Translations under genes and position numbers: made by a program | Assembly (NCBI GenBank): GCA_035645115.1 | Contig: DASQNF010000017.1 | Coordinates: 1-36,132 of the forward strand | DNA length: 36,132 nucleotides | Direction of reading: 5' to 3' | Origin: Thermoleophilaceae bacterium | GTDB taxonomy: Bacteria; Actinomycetota; Thermoleophilia; Solirubrobacterales; Thermoleophilaceae | Shown: in pieces, positions 8,104 to 13,421 of the stretch | Layout: every line of letters begins with the position of its first letter | Numbering within the stretch: position 1 is the first letter of the stretch | Notes under the pieces: model-generated | What the model saw: only the letters and a program-made list of their open reading frames with translations | What the model was told of the DNA's origin: nothing | The model's database searches: none

Positions 8104-8202
8104 CCGTTCCCGGCTCAGCCGCCGGGGCCGTCGTCGCTCCCGGCTCGGTGCGGCTCGCGTTGAGATCTGGATCGCCTCCTTGGATATGAACGGGGGGTGG
8201 GC

Positions 8203-8255
8203 TTGACAGCGGTGCGCCGTAAGAGTAGCTTACAACGTAAGCATACAGCGTAAGC
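8203..8255 (+). promoter_or_regulatory. Promoter (TTGACA, 17 nt, TAGCTT) with overlapping GTAAGC/GCTTAC operator repeats in the TetR/DUF4389 divergon
   Basis: TTGACA at 8203-8208 and TAGCTT at 8226-8231. Perfect palindrome GCTTACaacGTAAGC at 8228-8242. A second inverted pair GTAAGagtagCTTAC lies at 8219-8233. An extra GTAAGC is at 8250-8255. AAGGAG lies 8 nt before ATG 8272. Confidence 0.55.
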
Positions 8256-8271
8256 AAAAGGAGACTCGCCA

Positions 8272-8907
8272 ATGACCGCCATCGCCCAGCCCGCCTACCC
8301 CCTGACCTTGGACGTCGACTATCCGGACCGGCCGCTCAACAGACTGACGAACGCATTCCGGATCGTGATGCTCGTCCCGATCGGAATCGTGCTCGCCGCT
8401 CTGACCGCGTTCGGCGCGTCAGGCTCGAACGGTGACTTGGCCGGCCTCGTGGCGCTTGGCGGCGTGCTGTTCCTGCCCCCGCTGCTGATGATCGTCTTCC
8501 GTGGCAAGTACCCGCGTTGGTGGTTCGACTGGAACGTCGAGCTCATGCGCTTCACGAACCGCGTGTACGCGTACGGAGCGCTCCTGAGCGACAGGTACCC
8601 CTCCACCGACGAGCACCAGTACGTCAGGCTCGAGCTCGCGTACCCGGACGCGCGGGAGGATTTGAACCGCTGGCTGCCCCTGGTCAAGTGGTTCCTGGCC
8701 ATCCCGCACTACGTCGTCCTCGCCGTCCTCTCGATCGGCGCGCTGTTCGCCGTGATCGCGGCGTGGTTCTCGATCCTGTTCACCGGGCGCTACCCCCGCG
8801 CGCTCTTCGACTACGTCGTGGGAGTCATGCGCTGGAGCAACCGCGTCAGCGCCTACGCGTTCGTGCTCGCAACCGACCAGTACCCGCCCTTCCGGCTGTC
8901 GCACTGA
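8272..8907 (+). CDS. DUF4389 family membrane protein
   Basis: 211 aa with two repeats of the RYP-W-FD / N-R-YAY pattern (GKYPRWWFDWNVELMRFTNRVYAYGALLSDRYP and GRYPRALFDYVVGVMRWSNRVSAYAFVLATDQYP). Confidence 0.75.
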   Translation: MTAIAQPAYPLTLDVDYPDRPLNRLTNAFRIVMLVPIGIVLAALTAFGASGSNGDLAGLVALGGVLFLPPLLMIVFRGKYPRWWFDWNVELMRFTNRVYAYGALLSDRYPSTDEHQYVRLELAYPDAREDLNRWLPLVKWFLAIPHYVVLAVLSIGALFAVIAAWFSILFTGRYPRALFDYVVGVMRWSNRVSAYAFVLATDQYPPFRLSH

Positions 8908-8917
8908 CCGTTCACCC

Positions 8918-8950
8918 GCCGCGCGGTCTGCCCTTCGCAGGGCGCGCGGC
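8918..8950 (+). terminator. GC-rich interrupted hairpin downstream of the DUF4389 gene (no U tract)
   Basis: gCCGCGCG-gt-CTGC-ccttc-GCAG-gg-CGCGCGGc gives 8+4 bp with a 2x2 internal loop, starting 11 nt after the stop. Confidence 0.45.
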
Positions 8951-9007
8951 GGCGACCGGCCGTCGTTCGCAGCTGCGATTTGCCGGAACGTGATTAGAGT
9001 GCACCGG

Positions 9008-10720
9008 ATGTCCGAACCCGCGCTCGTGGCAGTCGAAGAGGATGCGGGGGCTCTGCATGACGTCGAGCGGGAGTTGCGCGACCGCTACGCGCGGAACTAC
9101 CGAGTCCTGTGCATGCGCTCGCCCCACGAGGCGCTCGCATGTCTCGAGGATCTCGCGGCGGGCGGCGAGCAGGTGGCCTTGGTTCTCGCCGGACAGTGGC
9201 TCACCGGGATGACCGGAAGCGAGCTGCTGGATCAGGCGCGCCACCTTCATCCGCACGCAAAGCGCGGCCTCTTGATCGCTTGGGGCGAATGGGGGGACCG
9301 AGCGACCGGGGAGGCGATCTTCGACTCGATCGCCCACGGTCGCATCGACAACTATTTGCTCAGGCCGGCGGCCGCACCGGACGAGCTCTTCCACCAGGCG
9401 ATCTCGAGCATGTTGCTCGAGTCGGCGGAGGCGAGGGGGGCCTCCCCGCACGCGATCCACGTGGTCGGCGAGTCCTGGTCCGGCCGGGCGTATGAGCTGA
9501 GGGCCGTGCTCGGGCGATGCGCGATCCCGCACTCCTTCTGCCTGGCCGACTCGAGCGACGGGCGAGCCCTCGTCGCTCAGGCGGACCACGGGGCAGAGCT
9601 CCCTCTCATCATCTTCCCCGACGGGACGGTCCTCGAGAATCCCAGCAACGCGGAGCTCGCAAAGGCGGCGGGCTCGCCGGTGGACCCCGAGCGGATCGAC
9701 TTCGACCTCGTGATCGTCGGCGCAGGGCCCGCCGGCCTGTCGGCGGCCGTGTACGGCGCGTCCGAGGGCTTCAGCACCCTGGTCGTCGACGAAGGCGGGA
9801 TCGGGGGCCAGGCGACCTCCAGCTCGCTGATACGCAACTATCTCGGCTTCCCCCGCGGGGTCAGTGGGCGCCGTCTGGCCCGGCACGCGTACGAGCAGGC
9901 GTGGGTGTTCGGGGCGAACTTCTCGTTCATGCAGAGGGTGACCGCCCTTGGACGCGACGACGACGGCCTCTTCGTCACCCTCGCCGAGGGCAGCCGTGTG
10001 CGCACCCGCGCTGTGATCCTTGCCACCGGCGCGAGCTACCGCCGACTCGGCGTTCCGACTCTCGAGGCGCTCACGGGCGCCGGCGTCTACTACGGCGGTC
10101 CGGCTTCCGAGGCGGCGAGCATGACCGGCCAGGACGTCTACGTCCTCGGCGGCGCGAACTCAGCCGGGCAGACCGCGCTTCATCTCGCTCGCTACGCGCG
10201 ACGGGTCACCCTGGTGGTACGCGCTCGGTCGCTCGACGCGGGGATGTCGCATTACCTGGTGCGCGAGGTGCAGTCGACGCCGAAGCTGCAGGTACGTCTG
10301 GGGACCGAGATCGTCGGCGGTGGGGGCGACGGGTGGCTGGAGCAGCTGGTGCTTCGCGACTGCGCGGAAGGGGGCGAGGAGGTCGTGGACGCCGACGGGC
10401 TCTTCCTCATGATCGGCGCGCACCCGCACACCGACTGGCTTCCCGCGGAGGTCGAAAGGGACGAGAGCGGTTTCGTGCTCACGGGAGCGGATCTTCCCGG
10501 CGACCGCGCCTGGCCGCCCGACCGCGGTCGCTTCGTGCTCGAGACGAGCATGCCTGGGGTATTCGCGGCCGGCGACGTACGACACGGTTCGGTGAAGCGA
10601 GTGGCGTCTGCAGTTGGCGAAGGCTCCGTCGCGATCCAGCTTCTCCACCGCCAGTTCGCGGCCCACGGCCTGCATCCCCGCGGCCGTCCAAAGGAGCCCG
10701 TGGTCGAGATCGGACGCTGA
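9008..10720 (+). CDS. Receiver-like domain fused to a thioredoxin-reductase-like FAD/NAD(P) oxidoreductase
   Basis: The N-terminal ~120 aa have a receiver-like fold (VAVEEDAG...VALVLAGQWLTGMTGSELL...KRGLLIAW). The C-terminal part carries FDLVIVGAGPAGLSAAVYGASEG, GGQATSSSLIRNYLGFP, VYVLGGANSAGQTALHL and GVFAAGDVRHGSVKRVASAVGEGS. ATG at 9008; the track start at 8990 is an upstream GTG. Confidence 0.85.
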   Translation: MSEPALVAVEEDAGALHDVERELRDRYARNYRVLCMRSPHEALACLEDLAAGGEQVALVLAGQWLTGMTGSELLDQARHLHPHAKRGLLIAWGEWGDRATGEAIFDSIAHGRIDNYLLRPAAAPDELFHQAISSMLLESAEARGASPHAIHVVGESWSGRAYELRAVLGRCAIPHSFCLADSSDGRALVAQADHGAELPLIIFPDGTVLENPSNAELAKAAGSPVDPERIDFDLVIVGAGPAGLSAAVYGASEGFSTLVVDEGGIGGQATSSSLIRNYLGFPRGVSGRRLARHAYEQAWVFGANFSFMQRVTALGRDDDGLFVTLAEGSRVRTRAVILATGASYRRLGVPTLEALTGAGVYYGGPASEAASMTGQDVYVLGGANSAGQTALHLARYARRVTLVVRARSLDAGMSHYLVREVQSTPKLQVRLGTEIVGGGGDGWLEQLVLRDCAEGGEEVVDADGLFLMIGAHPHTDWLPAEVERDESGFVLTGADLPGDRAWPPDRGRFVLETSMPGVFAAGDVRHGSVKRVASAVGEGSVAIQLLHRQFAAHGLHPRGRPKEPVVEIGR

Positions 10721-10821
10721 CCGGGCTCACCTTCGAGGACTGCTCGGCCGGCCGACCTGCGCTCGAGGTTGACGCCGGCTCCAGGCCGGGCACTCCCGCG
10801 GGCCTCACATTGGGCGCGAAG

Positions 10822-10847
10822 CCTGCGGGGGCACCGCAACCCGCAGG
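10822..10847. terminator. Hairpin 1 in a convergent intergenic region (8-bp stem)
   Basis: CCTGCGGG-ggcaccgcaa-CCCGCAGG. Confidence 0.4.
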
Positions 10848-10877
10848 GCCCCGGCGGCGGGGTCCGTCCGCCGGGGC
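10848..10877. terminator. Hairpin 2 in a convergent intergenic region (10-bp stem)
   Basis: GCCCCGGCGG-cggggtccgt-CCGCCGGGGC, directly abutting hairpin 1. Confidence 0.4.
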
Positions 10878-10907
10878 CTCTGCGACGCGCGGGAGCGCTT
10901 CAGCCGG

Positions 10908-11165
10908 TCAGGCCTCAGCAGCCGGATGCCCGACGCGCCGGCGGGAGCCGGAGCTCGAGGGGCTGCCGAGCTCGCCGAGGCGGGCCGCCAGGACCAGTGC
11001 GGACAGACCGACGAGGCCGTACACCAGCCGGCTGGCGAGGTTGGTCTCGCCGAACTCGAGCCCGACCAGCGCTGCGACGAGGTCGAACTCGAACAGGGCC
11101 ACGAGGCCCCAGTTGACGCCGCCGACGATCAGGAGGAGGGCGGCGGTGGTGGTCAGCGTCTTCAT
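10908..11165 (-). CDS. DUF378 family small membrane protein
   Basis: 85 aa. MKTLTTTAALLLIVGGVNWGLVALFEFDLVAALVG...SRLVYGLVGLSAL matches the DUF378 pattern (GG-NWGLV). Confidence 0.8.
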   Translation of the reverse strand: MKTLTTTAALLLIVGGVNWGLVALFEFDLVAALVGLEFGETNLASRLVYGLVGLSALVLAARLGELGSPSSSGSRRRVGHPAAEA

Positions 11166-11188
11166 GGTGGTGGTCCTTTCGTGAGAGG

Positions 11189-11224
11189 TTGCTGTCTCGA
11201 GACTGTATAGCTATCGTACAGATT
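11189..11224 (+). promoter_or_regulatory. Photolyase promoter (TTGCTG, 17 nt, TATCGT, 7 nt, ATG; likely leaderless) overlapped by three 11-bp-phased repeats (CarH/LitR-type operator candidate)
   Basis: Repeats are TGTCTC (11193-11198), TGTATA (11204-11209) and CGTACA (11215-11220). On the opposite strand these read AATCTGTACGA / TAGCTATACAG / TCTCGAGACAG, and two of the three fit nAnnTnnACAn. The 9-mer CGTACAGAT is shared with the litR promoter. Confidence 0.55.
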
Positions 11225-12439
11225 ATGTCAAGAAACGCGACGACGACCGTTCTCCTCTTCACTCGCGACCTCCGGATACACGACCACCCCGCGCTGGCCG
11301 CCGCGGCGGAGAGCTCGCTGCTGCCACTGTTCGTGATCGACGAGGCGCTGATGCGGCGCAGCGCCAACCGCGCTGCGTTCCTGCTCGGCGCGCTCGAGGA
11401 CCTGCGCGCCTCGCTGGCCGCGCGCGGCGCCCCGCTCGTGATCAGGCGCGGCGATCCGGTGCGGGAGACCGTCGTGCTCGCCCGGCAGGTGGGCGCCCAG
11501 GCGATCCACCTGAGCGGGGACGTGGGGCCCTACGCGCGCGAGCGCGAGCGGAGGCTCCGCCGGGCGGCGGCCGCCGAGCGGATCGCCGTGAGGTCGTTCC
11601 CCGGGGTGACGGTGGTCCCGCCGGAGGATCTCGCGCCCGCTGGGTCCGACCACTACCGGGTCTTCACGCCGTATTGGCGGCGCTGGTCGCTCGCGCGCCT
11701 GAGGCCGGTGGCCCAGGCCCCGGCGCGCCTGCGGGCGCCGGCGGGCATCGATCCCGGACCGCTGCCTGCACTGCGCGAGCTCACGAGCGCCGCCCCGTCT
11801 CCAGGCCTCCCCGCGGCTGGGGAGGGCGCGGCGCTCGACCGGCTCGCCGCATGGAAGGCCGAGGGGCTCGACGCCTATTCGCGGCGACGCGACGCCCTGG
11901 GCGAGCAGGGCACCTCGCGCCTCAGTCCGTACCTGCGCTTCGGTTGCCTGTCGCCCCGCCTGCTGCTCGCCGAGCTCGCGCCCTCGCCGGGAGCGGAAGC
12001 GTTCGCGCGTCAGCTCTGCTGGCGGGACTTCTTCGCGCAGCTGCTCCTCGCCCGCCCGCGGATGCGCACCGAGGGCCTGAACGAGCGGCGCTCCTGGCTC
12101 GAGGACTCGGCAGTGCTCGACATGTGGCGCGAGGGCAGCACCGGAGTCGCCGTGGTGGATGCAGCCATGCGCCAGTTGCGGGCCGAGGGTTGGTTGCCCA
12201 ACCGCGCCCGGCTGATCGCCGCCGGCTATCTGACGAAGACGCTCGGCATCGACTGGCGCCACGGCGAGCGGCATTTCTTCGACCTGCTCGTGGACGGGGA
12301 CCCCGCGAACAACGCCGGCAACTGGCAATGGGTCGCGGGGGTGGGGACGGACCCCAGGCGGCGCGGGTTCAACGCCCTGCGGCAAGCGCGCCGCTTCGAC
12401 CCCACCGGAAGCTACGTCCGCCGGTACGCGGACGCCTAG
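11225..12439 (+). CDS. phr: Deoxyribodipyrimidine photolyase (cryptochrome/photolyase family), short C-terminus
   Basis: VLLFTRDLRIHDHPAL, FTPYWRRW, TSRLSPYLRFGCLSPR, WREGSTGVAVVDAAMRQLRAEGWLPNRARLIAAGYLTK, DGDPANNAGNWQWVAGVGTDP, FDPTGSYVRRY. ATG at 11225; the track start at 11189 is an upstream TTG. Confidence 0.9.
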   Translation: MSRNATTTVLLFTRDLRIHDHPALAAAAESSLLPLFVIDEALMRRSANRAAFLLGALEDLRASLAARGAPLVIRRGDPVRETVVLARQVGAQAIHLSGDVGPYARERERRLRRAAAAERIAVRSFPGVTVVPPEDLAPAGSDHYRVFTPYWRRWSLARLRPVAQAPARLRAPAGIDPGPLPALRELTSAAPSPGLPAAGEGAALDRLAAWKAEGLDAYSRRRDALGEQGTSRLSPYLRFGCLSPRLLLAELAPSPGAEAFARQLCWRDFFAQLLLARPRMRTEGLNERRSWLEDSAVLDMWREGSTGVAVVDAAMRQLRAEGWLPNRARLIAAGYLTKTLGIDWRHGERHFFDLLVDGDPANNAGNWQWVAGVGTDPRRRGFNALRQARRFDPTGSYVRRYADA

Positions 12440-13317
12440 GCCGGACGTCGCTCGGCTGCTACCCGGTCCGCCGCGGCGACCGGCCCCTCCGTGAGCCACG
12501 CGCAGCCGAGCGACTCGGCGAACGACTCGCTCGCTCCGCGGCCGGCCACGGCGAGCGGCCTGGCCTCGGCGAGTGCCGCGAGATCGCTCGCCACGCTTCG
12601 GAAGCGCGAGCGCAGCGTGGAGCTGACCACGACGAGCGACGGGTCGAGCTCGCCCGCGGTGCCGACGATGCTCTCGCCGGGGGTGTCGGCGCCTAGGTAG
12701 GCGATCCGCCAGCCGCGCGCCCGCAGCGCGAGCCCGAACACCATCAGCGGGAGGTCGTGCAGCTCGCCCGGGGCGCAGGCGAGCAGTGCGAGCGGCCCGC
12801 CGCCGCTCTCCCAACCGCGCGCCAGCCCGGCGAGCCGGGTGCGCAGCAGGTTGCTCGCGAAGTGCTCCTGGGCGATGGTCGCGCTACCCGCCTTCCAGCG
12901 CTCGCCGAGGTCGTGCAGGTAGGGCAGCACCACCTCCGCGAGCACGGTGTCGAGCCCGAACGAGCCGAGCAGGCGGTCGAGAGCCGCGTTGGCCCCGTCG
13001 CCGTCGAAGCGGTCGAGCGCATCGCGGAGCGCCTCCGCGTGGTGAGCCAAAGGCGGCCCAGCGGACTCGGCTACCGCACCGCTCGCGTCGTCGAGCACCA
13101 AGCGAGCGGCCTCCGCCGGCGAGAGCCCGTCGGCGATGCGCGCCTGCATCAGCCGAACCCTGCGCTCGTCGGCGGCGGAGTACAGCCGCAGCCCGCCGCC
13201 CGTCCGCGCCGGCTGTAGCACCCCGTAGCGTCGCTCCCACGCGCGCAGCAGCTCGGGCTTCAGGCCCACGCGACGGCCGAGCTCGCCGATTCGAACGCGG
13301 TGCTCGGCGTCGCTCAT
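12436..13317 (-). CDS. litR: MerR-family, B12-binding light-responsive regulator (CarH/LitR type)
   Basis: MerR HTH is RIGELGRRVGLKPELLRAWERRYGVLQPARTGGGLRLYS. The Wx9EH motif is WKAGSATIAQEH. The B12-binding motif is PGELHDLPLMVFGLALRARGWRIAYLGADTP ... VVVSSTL. ATG at 13317 (GTG at 13320 is also possible). Confidence 0.85.
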   Translation of the reverse strand: MSDAEHRVRIGELGRRVGLKPELLRAWERRYGVLQPARTGGGLRLYSAADERRVRLMQARIADGLSPAEAARLVLDDASGAVAESAGPPLAHHAEALRDALDRFDGDGANAALDRLLGSFGLDTVLAEVVLPYLHDLGERWKAGSATIAQEHFASNLLRTRLAGLARGWESGGGPLALLACAPGELHDLPLMVFGLALRARGWRIAYLGADTPGESIVGTAGELDPSLVVVSSTLRSRFRSVASDLAALAEARPLAVAGRGASESFAESLGCAWLTEGPVAAADRVAAERRPA

Positions 13318-13326
13318 CACCCCCGC

Positions 13327-13356
13327 AGTGTACGGGATCTGTACGTTTGCTGGACA
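13327..13356 (-). promoter_or_regulatory. litR promoter (-10 TACACT, 6 nt before GTG and 9 nt before ATG; likely leaderless) with three 11-bp-phased repeats
   Basis: The minus strand reads TGTCCAgcaaaCGTACAgatccCGTACActgcggggGTGATG. Plus-strand hexamers are at 13351-13356, 13340-13345 and 13329-13334. The site shares CGTACAGAT with the phr promoter in the same orientation relative to the gene. Confidence 0.55.
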
Positions 13357-13421
13357 GCGATAGACGCCCGCCCGGGGCGGGTCGACGCTCGGAAGCCGCC
13401 CGGGCCCGGGTCACCTGCGCG

